The notes under the pieces were generated by a model. That model made no database searches. It was not told where the DNA came from and saw nothing but the letters and a program-made list of their open reading frames with translations. DNA of 63,819 nt, the filler included, from Vannella sp. (taxonomy: Eukaryota), in NCBI GenBank assembly GCA_023345925.1. It is 6 parts of 6 records of this genome, joined end to end, with 100 filler letters (N's around TTAATTAATTAA, not from the genome) between each part and the next. Parts side by side here need not be neighbours in the genome. Positions count along the whole stretch, not along the records: positions 45,312 to 60,127 come from JAJQQN010000172.1; 5 more parts are not named here. One strand, 5' to 3'. Of this stretch, positions 45,493 through 57,224 are shown piece by piece; the first letter of the stretch is position 1; every line of letters begins with the position of its first letter. Made by a program: the position numbers and the translations under genes.

Positions 45493-47599
45493 CTATTGGG
45501 CCATCTGGCGGGAAATCAGATTGGCATAAATTCCAGCAGCATTCATGAGCTCAGTGTGGCTTCCTTGTTCGACAATGTTGCCCTCGTTGAGGACAACAAT
45601 GGAGTTGGCCTTCTTGACAGTGCTGAGTCGATGAGCAACAATCAAAGTGGTTCGATTCTTCATCAAGGATTCCAGTGCCTGTTGAACGGCGTACTCGGAC
45701 TCGGCGTCCAATGCGCTGGTTGCTTCGTCAAGCACAAGGATTCTGGGGTTCTTGATGATTGCTCGAGCAATTGCAATTCTCTGTTTCTGTCCTCCAGATA
45801 AAGTGACTCCCCGCTCTCCTATTTGTGTGTCCAGTCCGTCCTACTGTGTTTGAGTACAACTCTGATTCGTGTGTCTTGGGACTTACTGTGAACCGTTCAA
45901 TGAACGAATCCGCGTTTGCCCCCTTGGCAGCAGCTCTGATTTTCTCGTCCAATAGTGGCGTTCGCAAGTAGTCATTGTAGTCGAGGTCAGAAGTCCAAGG
46001 TCCGGTCTCAAGTCCGTAAGAGATGTTCTCTCGAATGGATCCGCTGAACAAGACAGGCTCTTGGCTAACAAACCCTATTTGTTGGCGCAGCCATGTTGCA
46101 TCCAAGCTATGGCAGAGGTCAGTTAAGAATCAGTCAATGAAAGCGCAAACGCACTCTTTGATATCCACTCCATCCAGAGTAACATGACCCATTGTGGGGT
46201 CATACAAACGAGAGAGAAGCGAGAGAATAGTACTCTTCCCACTTCCTGAGGAACCAACAACCGCGACGACACTCCCTGATGGGATAGAAAGGGAAAGGTT
46301 CTGGAAGATTGGCACTTCTGATCGAGTAGGATACGAGAATTGAACGTTTTTGAACTCAATATCGCCTCGCACTTGCTCCAGCTTGATCGCATCAAGCTTT
46401 GACTGGATAATAGGGACTCGCTCAGTAAGTTCGAAGACCCTTTCAGTTGCTCCCATTCCCCGGCAGACGTCATTGTACGAATTCGCTGTTCCAGACAATG
46501 CAAAGGCCACGTAGACACTGTAGATAAGGAAGGAAGACAGTTCTCCAATAGTCAGCTGGTTATCAATCACCAGAGAGCCTCCGTAAGACAGGACGGCCAG
46601 GAGAGAGAGGTGAGCAGAGAGTCCAATAGCACCAAAGAAGCTTCCAGAAGCAATGCCAGATCGCTTACCGAGCTCAAATACTTCTTTCACTCGAGCTTCG
46701 TATCGACTGGCCTCTCTATCCTCCTTGGCAAAGAGCTTTACAGTTCGTATACTGCTGATGACCTCCTCTGCCAGCTCAGTGGTCTTCCCAAGGGTATCCT
46801 GGACCTCTTTAGAGAGCTTTCTAATGTATCTACCGTAGAAGAAGCCGCTGACTACCACCAGAGGCACTATCGAGAGCATTAGAGCCGTTAGCTTTGGGGT
46901 CAGGTACAGCAGGACTCCGACTCCTCCAATGCCTTCTGCTGAGCGACGGAGCCCAGAAGCAATCGAGTCCGTCAGTGTCCGGGAAATCACGACCGTATCG
47001 GCAGAGAGGCGGTTGATAAGCTCCCCAGTGCGGTTTTGATCGTAGAACCCAGCCTCCTGTCGCGTTAGGGACTGGAATAAGCGTCCACGTAGTGTTTGCA
47101 TGATCCTCTCTGCTGAGATGTTCAGCAGAGCCACTCTACCGAACATGGCAGCCGATCCCACAACGAACACTGCGGCTAGGCCAGCTGCGACCGAGTAGAG
47201 CTTCGCTCGAGCCTTCTCGCGTGCCACAGAGAGTGCCTCAGAGTCTTCTTCACCTTCAGAGAGGGCATCTTGTAGACTGGAGTCGATTACTTTGCCCATC
47301 GCGTAAGGAACGACGAGGTTACAGCCTGCATTGATCCCCAAGCACAACAGAGCGAAAGACAAGAGGTATCTCTCAGGGTAAGCAAGACGTAGGTACTGAC
47401 GCAGCTGCGCCAACGAGAACTTGCGAGAGGGAGACTCTTTCACCTCCTCCGCAAAGCGCCTTGCACTCCCTTTCAGCTCCCTGCGCACCACCAAGCGCGT
47501 CGAGTCTCTGAATGCAAACCGTCCGTTCTGCCATGCGCTCACTGACCCCAACGGAGAACGAGCCCCGCACCGCGCGAGAGACACTCCCACACGGAGCAT
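45493..47599 (-). CDS. ABCB10: Mitochondrial ABC half-transporter, ABCB10/MDL1-like, 3 exons
   Basis: Arg-rich leader; [20 protein letters not shown], Walker [51 protein letters not shown]. Confidence 0.92.
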
Positions 47600-48100
47600 C
47601 CCCAAGTAATGAACGCCTCTCTTCCTTCTCCAGAGAGGCTGAAGCCACCCCTGAAGGCAGGAATGTTCTTCTCGTCACCTTGTGCAAGGAGACCTTCCTT
47701 TCGGCCTGTTTGCTGTTGCACTCGAGCCAACAAGGACTCCAAAGGGTAGAGGGAGACATGGTGCCATCAGGCTTGCACCCTGTTGCACCCAGGGTGCAGG
47801 AATGGAGTATTTAGGGGACCTTCGCGTGGTCGGCCTCATTCTCTCTCTCCTCTCCTCGGATCGATGCCTAGCTACCCACACGCTTGTCCTTACTGCTCCC
47901 GCCCCAACACTGTGTCCCAACCGGGGAACTCCTGCGGCCGCCAAGAGTGCAACATCAAACGCAGCGTCAACAAGAACGTCTTCCAACCTCTCGTAGGAGC
48001 AGGCGTTGATCGGCTCCGAAAGTGAAGTCCTGTACTGTATAAAGCAGCTTCGCTTTCCCCAAAGGTCCCCCTTCACTCCCCGTGATCATTGTTGGGGGGA

Positions 48101-49489
48101 ATGGCGAGCGGGGCATGCCGTTATGCCAAGTACATCAGCGCTAGAGCTGCTGTGAGGAAGCCATCGCCTATTAGAGCTTTACAGCCATTGACAGAGGTCC
48201 CAGGAATGATCTCCTTGGGTGGAGGACTCCCCAATCCGTCGTTGTTCCCGTTAAAGGAGCTTTCTTTCACCGTTCAAAGGGTTGGCGGCGATCCTGTTGC
48301 TCACAAGATGGACGGAGCCCTTCTCTCCCAAGCTCTGCAGTACTCTAACTCCTACGGGATGCCTTCTCTGCTCTCTCATTGGCGCAAGCTCCTCGCTCGA
48401 GAGCACAAAAGCCATCCTTATCAACACGGCAGGGAAGGTGAGTTGGCTATTCTCGTCACTACTGGCTCCCAAGATGGACTCTCCAAGTGCTTTGATCTCC
48501 TGTTAGATCCTAACGATGCTCTCCTGGTGGAGAACCCGACGTATTGGTGCGTTTCGGCCTTTCCTTCGCCAGCTCCTTCGTTCTGACCCTGAAACCAGTG
48601 GAGCTCTCTCTGCGATGGATCCAATGCGACCAAAGCTTATCTCTATCGATACAGACCAAGAAGGGCTCATCCCATCTCGTCTACAAGGTGTCTTGGAGGG
48701 ATGGAGTCCCTCATTGCCTAAACCGAAGGTCAGCCTGCTCCAACTCACTCTTTGTTGATACATTCGAGACTGATACACCAGAAGGCTCTTTACACCATCC
48801 CAACAGGGCAGAATCCCTCAGGCACGACCATCCCCCTTGATCGAAGGAAGCAAATCTACGAGATCGCGTGTCGCCACGACCTTTTGATCTTTGAGGATGA
48901 CCCCTACTGGTTCATGCACTATCGTGAAGATGGAACCCAGCCTGACAGCTTCTTTTCGATGGACGAGGACATGCGGGTCCTCCGATTTGACTCCCTCAGC
49001 AAGGTTTTCTCGTCAGGACTACGTCTAGGTTTCGTCACTGGACCAGTCCCTCTCGTAGAGAAGGTTCAGCTGGACCAACAAGCCTCTGCACTCCATGCAT
49101 GCGGTATCAGCCAGGCGCTAACCTCCAATATCTTGGACATCTGGGGACCAGAAGGCCTCTCTCAGCACTTGGACGGTGTACGAAGCTTCTATCGAGATCG
49201 GAGAGACATCTGCCATCGTCTGGCTACCAAGTACTTGTCGGATCTGGCAGATTGGGCGGTGCCCACCGCTGGCATGTTTATCTGGTTCACTTGCAGAGGC
49301 GTAACGGACACGAAGAAGATGATTGAGACTGCTGCGCGCGACCAGAAGGTTCTTCTCGTCCCAGGCCAAGCGTTCCGCCCTGATGGAGGGCCATCACGAG
49401 CAGTCCGAGCTTCTTTCTCAACTGCCAGCGAGGACCAGATGGAGGAAGCCTTCAAGCGTCTCCGTTCTGTCATTCTCGCCTCGCAATAA
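48101..49489 (+). CDS. AADAT: Kynurenine/alpha-aminoadipate aminotransferase (PLP class I), 3 exons
   Basis: RKPSPIRAL, ISLGGGLPNP, ALQYSNSYG, TTGSQDGL, LYTIPTGQNPSG, IFEDDPY, RFDSLSKVFSSGLRLG. Confidence 0.9.
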
Positions 49490-49910
49490 CTGATAACTGA
49501 AGGTTCCTTACTGCGTTTGGCGTAACTTTCAACTCATCACTGGAGCGACCCACTTGGGGGCCAGCGTGGTTTGGTGGGGTGAGCTCTCTTGAGGGAGAAA
49601 CTGGATCCCCCAACATGTTGGAGGACCTCAGAGCCTCTGACGAGTCAGAGATGGAGGGTTATTGCCTTTGGAGACCGCAGCTCGGCTTGCCGTGAGACGC
49701 AACGTGAATATATACCACGCCCTTTGCGAGTCTCGGCGCGCAGAGGAGTTGCCAAACCCTTAATGTCGCGGGCCAATAGAGAACGAAGCCGCTTAGACTT
49801 CCAAACCGCAGAGCCCGCTTGGAGAGAGCTGTGCGAAGGCCAAGGAGCTGAGCATTGTGAACATGAAATAAGGCAATGAAGAGTTTCCTGCGGGCTTGGA
49901 GAGTTTCAAC

Positions 49911-49994
49911 ATTCCAAAGGTCTGTGGAATTCTCTTTCAATATTCCAAAGGTCTGTGGAATTCTCTTTCACATTCCAAAAGTCTGTGGAATTCT
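49911..49994. repeat. Tandem repeat, ~30-31 bp x ~3
   Basis: ATTCCAAAGGTCTGTGGAATTCTCTTTCA starting at 49911, 49942 and 49972. Confidence 0.9.
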
Positions 49995-50286
49995 GTGGAG
50001 TTTGAAGTTCTGAGAATGCCATCTCCTTTAGGAAACTCATCAACGTGCCTTTCATTACGCCTGCCATTCTTATCCGCCATGCCACTGAAGACCACACCTT
50101 CCCCTATTTCTCGCCCTCTGTTGAAGAGGGACGAACACACTGGCCAGATCCTCATGGGGGCCCAGTTCTCTCAACGACGCCGGAGAGGGGCTTTAGCTGA
50201 CCCAACAGCAGACCGTTTTCACAATCCTCTAGCCACTCAAAGAGAGGAGTAGTAAGTCCTTGGCCCTTGGCCCAAATGTACAAAAT

Positions 50287-50347
50287 GACTCCCAGTTTAA
50301 CCAATTGAGATGAACGACTCCCAATTTAACCAATTGAGATGAAGGAC
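50287..50347. repeat. Tandem repeat, 29 bp x2
   Basis: GACTCCCARTTTAACCAATTGAGATGAA at 50287 and 50316. Confidence 0.9.
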
Positions 50348-50387
50348 CTAGTTGTGACTGTGTAATAAAGTTGCTTGCTCATTGGAT

Positions 50388-51431
50388 CTAGTAAGAGCGA
50401 GCGCTCTTCTGCCTGCTGCGGAGTGGGTCTGAGAAAGTTGCCTGAAGAGGAGAAAGTGAAGGAGTGATTTGGTGTGCAGTGTGACTGAGTCCCAGTTGTC
50501 CGTACTGGTTGAACCCGAAGACTAATAGGCTGCCATCCGATAAAAATGCAAGAGAATGGCTCCTCCCGGCAACAAGACCAATGACGCCCTTTACAGAAGG
50601 CACTCGACAAGGCTTTGACTGAATGTAAGTGTTTCCTGTGCCTAGTTGGCCGTAATCACCATAACCCCAAGTCCAGATGCCTCCTCTCTCATCCAAATTA
50701 AGAATATGAGCATATCCGCAAGCAGTCATCACGATTGGAGGGACCTGTTCTACCTTCTGGAACACAGAGCCGTCTCCAGGACGAGCCAATTGGCCTTGAA
50801 TGTTGTCTCCTGCAGTCCAGATGCCGCCCTCTGAGTCTGTGAGTATAGTGCCTTTGAGATAAGCGCTCAAACAGCGCAAAGATCCTTCAGGAAGCTGAGG
50901 TGTAGGAACGAGTGTCGGTTGAAGAACTTTGTTGGTGTGTCCGAGTCCTAATTGTCCTTTGTCATTGTCTCCCACAACCCAAAGGCCTTCTTCTGCTTCT
51001 GCCACAACAAAGTTGGCTCCACAAGCCACCTTCAAGATCTTAGGAAGACCTTCCAAGGACCGAGGGACAGAAGAGGCCCATGATAGAGAGGTTCTGTGCG
51101 TCCACACCCAAAGTGTGCTATTGGCTTCCAAGCCTGCATTGTGTTGGTATCCGGCAACGATCGAAACTAAAGGTGGGAGCTTTTGGACCTGTTGAAAGCT
51201 CGTTCCAGACCCAAGACCAGCTTCCCACACTCCACCATCTTGGTCAAGCACAAGAGAGTGAAAGCCGCCCCATTCCACCTTCAGTGGATGATAGAGACCC
51301 TCCAAAGAGACCTCCTCCGGCTCCACCTGCAGATCCTTATGTCCCAGCCCCAGTTGCCCTTCATAGTTGTCCCCAAAAGCAAACAGACCGCCTCCCGCAG
51401 AAAGAAGCAGCGTATGATTCCCGAAAGGCAT
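50388..51431 (-). CDS. RCC1/BLIP-II repeat beta-propeller protein, intronless
   Basis: Repeated G.N..GQLGLG and ACG..H/AG.SHSL motifs. Confidence 0.92.
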   Translation of the reverse strand: MPFGNHTLLLSAGGGLFAFGDNYEGQLGLGHKDLQVEPEEVSLEGLYHPLKVEWGGFHSLVLDQDGGVWEAGLGSGTSFQQVQKLPPLVSIVAGYQHNAGLEANSTLWVWTHRTSLSWASSVPRSLEGLPKILKVACGANFVVAEAEEGLWVVGDNDKGQLGLGHTNKVLQPTLVPTPQLPEGSLRCLSAYLKGTILTDSEGGIWTAGDNIQGQLARPGDGSVFQKVEQVPPIVMTACGYAHILNLDERGGIWTWGYGDYGQLGTGNTYIQSKPCRVPSVKGVIGLVAGRSHSLAFLSDGSLLVFGFNQYGQLGLSHTAHQITPSLSPLQATFSDPLRSRQKSARSY

Positions 51432-51605
51432 GAAAATAATATCCAACAATAAAGGGGGGCAAACGTCCAGGAGAATCGGAAAATTCCAAGGTCACGTGAC
51501 CACAACCCGAAACCGAACAAGAAGCGACCAGTTGTTGCAACTAACATTTCTAAAAGGCTTAGCTTTTTGGATATTATTAGCAGATATTTTGGTTGATTCA
51601 CGCGG

Positions 51606-54600
51606 ATGGCGAAGTTGATCCGTGATGGAGAGGGGTTGAAGGAATTTCCGGGTCATGAGGCGGGATTGGTGCAAGTACAGCTCCAGAACAACCGGATTGG
51701 GTCTATACCCGAGGAGATCGCGCACTTTGACTCGCTGTTGATCCTCGATCTCTCGTTCAACCTGTTGGAAGTGCTTCCTTCAGCTCTGTCCAAGATTCCT
51801 CTATTGGAAACGCTTCTAGTTCCTAACAACAGGCTTACTTCACCCTGCAAGCTCCCGCTGATGCTGCAGCTTACCAACCTTGACATAAGCCATAATGGAG
51901 TGACCTCCTTGCATGCTGATAGCTTCCTTGGCCTTCCTAAGCTGAGAGAACTCAACCTTAGCAACAACTCTATGAAGAATCTTCCCAGTAGCTTCAGACA
52001 GGACAGCCTGGCTAACTTACGTGCCCTCGATGTCAGCCACAACCATTTATGCAGACTTCCCTGGTACTTAGCGGAGCTCTCTGCTCTGGAAACCATAGAT
52101 ATAAGCCACAATAACCTCTTGCAAGTGCCTGCTCTCCTCCTACAACGACCTGCCCTTCGTTTTAACATTGATGCGAATCCTTTCGTGGTCCACGCGCTCC
52201 TTTCCCACTCGAAGGGAGCCGTACGATCTCCAGAACATGACAGGGGAGCCACAGAAGCGTCAAAATACACACCAAAAGCCTCCTCCCCTCTCGTAGAGGG
52301 CAAACGAACCTTGGATCTTCCGGAACAGCCTCGTGCAGCAGAGATCGCCTTGTCCACCTCTTACGGGCACCTAATGGCTATTCTAGAGGAGGAATCTCCC
52401 CGTCCCTCCAGTTCTAGTGGACGAGAACGCCGCCATTCATTGAGGGCAGATTCTCCCTCTCCTTCCTTCCGCAGGAGGAACAACTCATTTCTTCCACACG
52501 ACGAATCTGGTCTCAGGACATTCTCTACGTCAGCATTGCCCATCCATAGGATCAGAACGCTGCTGAGACACTCAAGCGATGACATCTACTCGGGTGGGGA
52601 GGCTACTGACAGCGGAGAGACTTTAGAAGAAGAGGATGAGCCACAGAATATGAGCGACCGCGATCTTGAAGCACACACAAACGAGGAAACGCAGGTCAGG
52701 GAACTAGAAAGGCAGATAAGGCGACTGAATAGGCGCTTGAATACGGAGCAGAAGATCAGATCGCGTGCTCTGGAAGTCACTCAGACACTTTTACATAACT
52801 TTTGTTCGACTCACGACCTGGAGGTGCCCAGTGTTGCGGGAAGAAGAAAAAGCTCCCCAGCAGAAATGTCGCCAGAACACATTCTCTCTGAAGTCAACGA
52901 AATTGCCCTCATCCTGAAGAAGAAATCTGCTCGCCTCTCAAGGTCCAAAGACGGGCATTTGCCTGGAACTGGAGTCAGGCACAAATCCTTTCCCAGTTCA
53001 GTGCCGGAAGAGGTTAGCAAGGAAAAACCATCTGTTCGCCGCCCCTCTCAGGGAGAGCCGGTTTCTTCAATTCATTTGCTTTCTACAAGCTGTTCTCAGA
53101 CGCCTCAAACTAGTGTCATTTCCCAAACAGCACGCTCTGCCGAGGCAAAGAGGTCTATGACTTCATCTCAAAGGTACTCCAGCGACAGTAGGTTGGCTTT
53201 GGAGTTGCCTACCAAGGAAGAAGAGCCTGAACTTCGTCCACTCCAGAAAGTGCGCTGGAGGCAAAGTTCGACGCTCCAAGATTGTATCGTTAAGCAAGTT
53301 GATGGACTTAATCTTGCATTCTGTGAAGAAAACGGTGCTCAGCAACTGATAGGGGGTGACATCATCTCTATCTTTCATTACATTATCTTCCATGGTCAGA
53401 GCATCGATCACTTGTCTGCCTTTCTTTGTTTATATCGCAAGCACATTGATAGTGGCGCTCTAGCCTCTGAATTAGAGAAGATCATTAGACAATGGTCCCA
53501 GACTAGAGACCCTGAAGCCTCTATTCACTGTGATAGCGTCTACCAGCAAATATGTCGAATCATTCAACAGTGGATTGAGCATTACTTTGCCTTGGATTTT
53601 GTGAGCAATGCTGCTCTCATTGAAAAGATTTTAGAAGGAATTTGTTTCCTTCCCTCTCTAGCAGCCAGCCGCCTGGAGAAACTACTGGAGTACAAACTCT
53701 CTGAATGTAAGCTCCACACTTTATCTCGGAGGTTACTCACTACCTGGGTATGATTATAGCCGCAGAAAGGGAGAATAGGAAGAGATTAAGGACTGTGGAG
53801 TCTAGGACCCCTTTCTTGAAGAAAGTTGATTTTCTTCTGTTGCAAACTCAAGATGTCGCTAAAGGACTCACTGTGATTGAGTATGATATGCTCCAAGAGA
53901 TTAATCCTGTCGAATGTATCTCCTCAAGTGTGAGGAGGACATCCAATGCTATTCAGCAAATGATCAACCGCTTCAATACCGTAAGCCGCTGGGTCTCAAC
54001 TGAAATAGTAACAACCAAAACTGTCAAGAAGAGGGCTTCTGTTATCAAATTCTTCGTGGAGGTTGCAGAGGCAAGACAATCCGCACATTTCAAACGTTGT
54101 TCTCACTCCTTTCTAGTGTGCTTATGAGCTATGCAGCTTTAATACTGTTCTCGAGATTGTTGCCGGACTTAGTTTATCTCCAACCTCTCGGTTGCTTAAA
54201 ACCTGGGCAGTAAGTGAAACATAAGGCACAAGAGAGAGATTGACCTGGAAGAAAACAGAGCGTTCCCAGGAAGCATATGGATTCTTACGAGAAGCTCCTT
54301 GCCCTGATGAATGGGCACCAGAACTTTTCCAATTATAGGAAAGCTTTGGGAGCGGCTCGCCTGCCCTGTTTGCCATACTTTGGCATCTTCCTGCGAGACC
54401 TAACCTTTGCGGATGACTCTCTCGATGATGAACTAGAGAATGGCTATGCTAACTTTCAGAAGATGTGTCGGATGAGTGGAGTGTTGCAAGACATCCTCCG
54501 ATATCAATCTGAGCCTTACACGTTTGGGTCGGACCCTTCTTTGTTCCACTTTCTGAAGAACATCAATCCCTTATCCGAGGACGATCTTTGGGAGCACAGC

Positions 54601-54630
54601 ATTCAATGTGAACCATCTTCTGATCTCTGA
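51606..54630 (+). CDS. Leucine-rich-repeat + RasGEF (REM + CDC25) protein, multi-exon
   Basis: LDLSFNLL/LDISHN LRRs; QQWIEHYFALDF (REM); INRFNTVSRWVSTEIV, FNTVLEIVAGL, NFSNYR..PCLPYFGIFLRDLTF, NFQKM (CDC25). Confidence 0.9.
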
Positions 54631-54921
54631 ACAGAGCTAAAAACAACACATCTTGCATCTCACCCCCTTTGCAGCCTCCTAAATAACGCACTTGTCAGAT
54701 GAGAGAATTTTTGCTGTTGAGGAGATCTCCTGGAAGGCCAATCATCAGACTGGACCTTTGGCCTGTTAGTAAACTATAATCATGATATCGGATATGGGTG
54801 CGTTAGTGAGTATTCCGGTAAAAGGCCCAAACGGCTCTGCAAAGGGAAGGATGAAATTGTGTCAACAGCTCCGCTGTTTCCTGGCTTTGCCCTGGATGGT
54901 TCGATGAAGTGGGGAAAACGT

Positions 54922-55656
54922 TTATGCCTCATCAGCTTCCTCCTCCTTCTCTTCAGCGGGATCAAGTGGGAGAGGGTGGATGGTGGCAAAGACACCGACC
55001 AGAAGCCCATCCTCTGTCTCTCCACCCCAGAACTCGGGGTAGAGGCATTCTTCGACTTCACTACAGAAGCCCACAGTGAAGCAATCGGTCAGCTGCTCCA
55101 GGATCAAGTCCCTTACCGCTTCCAGCTTCTTTTGATCCTCCTCACTGTAGCTCTCTAGGTCCTCCTCCTCTTGTACGAACATGATCGAGTCCTCTTCAAG
55201 ATCTTCGTAGTATAGACCGCTCTCTGCCTCCAGCAGAGCCTCAGGTAACCCTAAAGCTTCCTCAAACGACTGTTGAGCCTCCTGGTTCTCAAAGGCGGGA
55301 GCCACAACGAAGCCATGCCACGCTGTTTGAGTCCTTGACATCTTGTAGATGCCATTCAGAGCCTCTTCCAGCTGGCGAGCGAGAGCCATGGCGCTTTGGA
55401 ACTCCTCGCTTGTTGGATATCGAGAAGGAGGCGGAAGGGGGTTCGTTTGGAAGAAGGAATGCTTCTGATCTTGATTGTCGTCGAGCTTCCACAGCCCAGC
55501 ACCAGCGATCGAGATGTCCTTTGTCGCAATGTACAGTTTGGCAATGTCCTCGTCCTCCTCAATCAGCGGTTTCCCCTCTATCACAACCTCTACTCGCCCC
55601 TTCTTAGGAGCCGTCTCCTCTGCATTCCTCAATGGGCTCCGCTTCCCGAGCACCAT
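54922..55656 (-). CDS. Acidic hypothetical protein with possible NuiA (nuclease A inhibitor)-like domain and N-terminal basic NLS-like segment
   Basis: Intronless ORF; QLEEALNGIYKMS and FWGGETEDGLLVGV resemble the ends of NuiA. Confidence 0.55.
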   Translation of the reverse strand: MVLGKRSPLRNAEETAPKKGRVEVVIEGKPLIEEDEDIAKLYIATKDISIAGAGLWKLDDNQDQKHSFFQTNPLPPPSRYPTSEEFQSAMALARQLEEALNGIYKMSRTQTAWHGFVVAPAFENQEAQQSFEEALGLPEALLEAESGLYYEDLEEDSIMFVQEEEDLESYSEEDQKKLEAVRDLILEQLTDCFTVGFCSEVEECLYPEFWGGETEDGLLVGVFATIHPLPLDPAEEKEEEADEA

Positions 55657-55786
55657 CCCAAGAAGAAATAACTGTTCCCGCCAAAACTCAATCGCACTGC
55701 TATCCTTAAAGCGCTAATTCCAATGTCTCTTATTGTGGCATTAATGGCAAATGACGTGGAAAAAATTCCGCCCCATTCTGGTCCTC

Positions 55787-55809
55787 TTGGGTTAGGGTTT
55801 AGGGTTAGG
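55787..55809 (+). repeat. Short interstitial telomere-like tract in a divergent promoter
   Basis: TTGGG TTAGGG TTTAGGG TTAGG. Confidence 0.6.
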
Positions 55810-55907
55810 CACATTTTCGGATTCCGCGATGATTGAGCCTCTTCCTACTCTGGAATTTGAGTTTATGTGAGAAAGGAAAGGGTGAAATCATTCATTGGTC
55901 CATCCTG

Positions 55908-57224
55908 ATGGATAGGGAAGTGCTCCCAGTGACCTCGGTGACAGCGATGCGGTTGCTGTTCTTTAAGGGGTGTAGTGAAGAAGAGGACAGCGCGTTGGTC
56001 ACTCGTGTTTGCAAGGACTACGAGACTATCTCAGCAGTGCACCGTGGCGAGTGTGCAACTCGCACATTCCTTAACTTGTACAATTTACGCGCTGTACGCG
56101 GGCCTGTTAAGGGCCAGCTTGTTGCCAATGCGTCTATGTCTGGCCCACATCACTACTTTGGATGGATTGACCCCAGAAAGAGTTACACGCTCAAGCCTGA
56201 TCCATCAAGCGGTCCGGGCCTCCTCTACTTTGAGGCCCAGCCCTCCAACTCACCTCCCTCTCTTCACAGTCTGCGCACAGACCAAGTCATGACGTTGGCA
56301 AGTCACGAATGGCTGAAAGGGAGCGAATTAGACCCTGCAGGACGAGCTGCCTTCGGCCATGTCGGCTTGTCAGAAGAGTACATTGATGTGGACACTGCCA
56401 AGGACAGTCTCTTCAAAGACCCTGGGTTCTTGGTGCTGGAACAGCACGAACTCTGCTTGCCACTGGTGGAAGAGCCACATCTTTATGACCTCTCTTCCTT
56501 TAGAGCTAGAGTGGTGCCCAACGAGCAGCCATGGTGTTTCAATCAAGACCTTGTCTCACAGTATAGGCATGCGCAGCACCGGCTTCGAGTCGTGACGTAT
56601 AACTACGGCCAGAGATATGTGGAAGACTACCTCATGCCAGGCAGCGGCATCTTCATTGAGCGGCACGATTTCGTCCAAGCCATCACTCCGATGAATGAGC
56701 AGTGCGGAGGGTTCGTGATTCTGGGAAGGGAGGAAGAGGGCCGTTTGCAGTTGATGGGAGTGACCCTGCCTTTTGGATTCACTCTGATTGTTGAAGCACA
56801 GTCCATCCACGGAGACAGTACACTCACAGGTATGTATCAAATGGCAATGACGGGAAATCACGTCGCTATGGCGACGGCGGATAGTGTCTTCATCAAAGAA
56901 ACGAAAACCCACCGCAATGTCGTCATTTCGACTAGTTCTCCCAGTTCTCAGCAACAAGAAACAGCTGAATTGATGCTCACTTCGGATCGCAAGTCGTTGG
57001 CTCAATTGCATCTCGAAACTCAAAGTGAAATTGAACGCATCCGCGACAAGTTACCATTCTGGAAGCACCTTTGGTGGAAGCCAATCATCTTCACACCAAG
57101 AAAATGGAACCCAAGAGAAGGTTGGCATCCTCGGGAAACGAAGACATTGGGAATTCACCTTCCAGAACAAAAGGAAAACGCAACTGAACCGAACGTTGCA
57201 AGAACCCAGTTTGGAAACTCCTAA
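55908..57224 (+). CDS. Intronless hypothetical protein with ureidoglycolate-lyase-like cupin motifs
   Basis: 438-aa ORF; FIERHDFVQAITP...TLIVEAQSIHGD resembles the ERH...Q..P / distal His metal ligands of AllA-type cupins. Confidence 0.55.
   Translation: MDREVLPVTSVTAMRLLFFKGCSEEEDSALVTRVCKDYETISAVHRGECATRTFLNLYNLRAVRGPVKGQLVANASMSGPHHYFGWIDPRKSYTLKPDPSSGPGLLYFEAQPSNSPPSLHSLRTDQVMTLASHEWLKGSELDPAGRAAFGHVGLSEEYIDVDTAKDSLFKDPGFLVLEQHELCLPLVEEPHLYDLSSFRARVVPNEQPWCFNQDLVSQYRHAQHRLRVVTYNYGQRYVEDYLMPGSGIFIERHDFVQAITPMNEQCGGFVILGREEEGRLQLMGVTLPFGFTLIVEAQSIHGDSTLTGMYQMAMTGNHVAMATADSVFIKETKTHRNVVISTSSPSSQQQETAELMLTSDRKSLAQLHLETQSEIERIRDKLPFWKHLWWKPIIFTPRKWNPREGWHPRETKTLGIHLPEQKENATEPNVARTQFGNS

Noticed and set aside
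47610..48090. Possible small spliced gene or methyltransferase-like relic on the minus strand
   Set aside because: Splice-like signals exist, but I could not build a consistent frame or recognise a family.
49911..49994. CRISPR-like array
   Set aside because: Units are directly adjacent with no unique spacers, there are no cas genes, and the context is eukaryotic.
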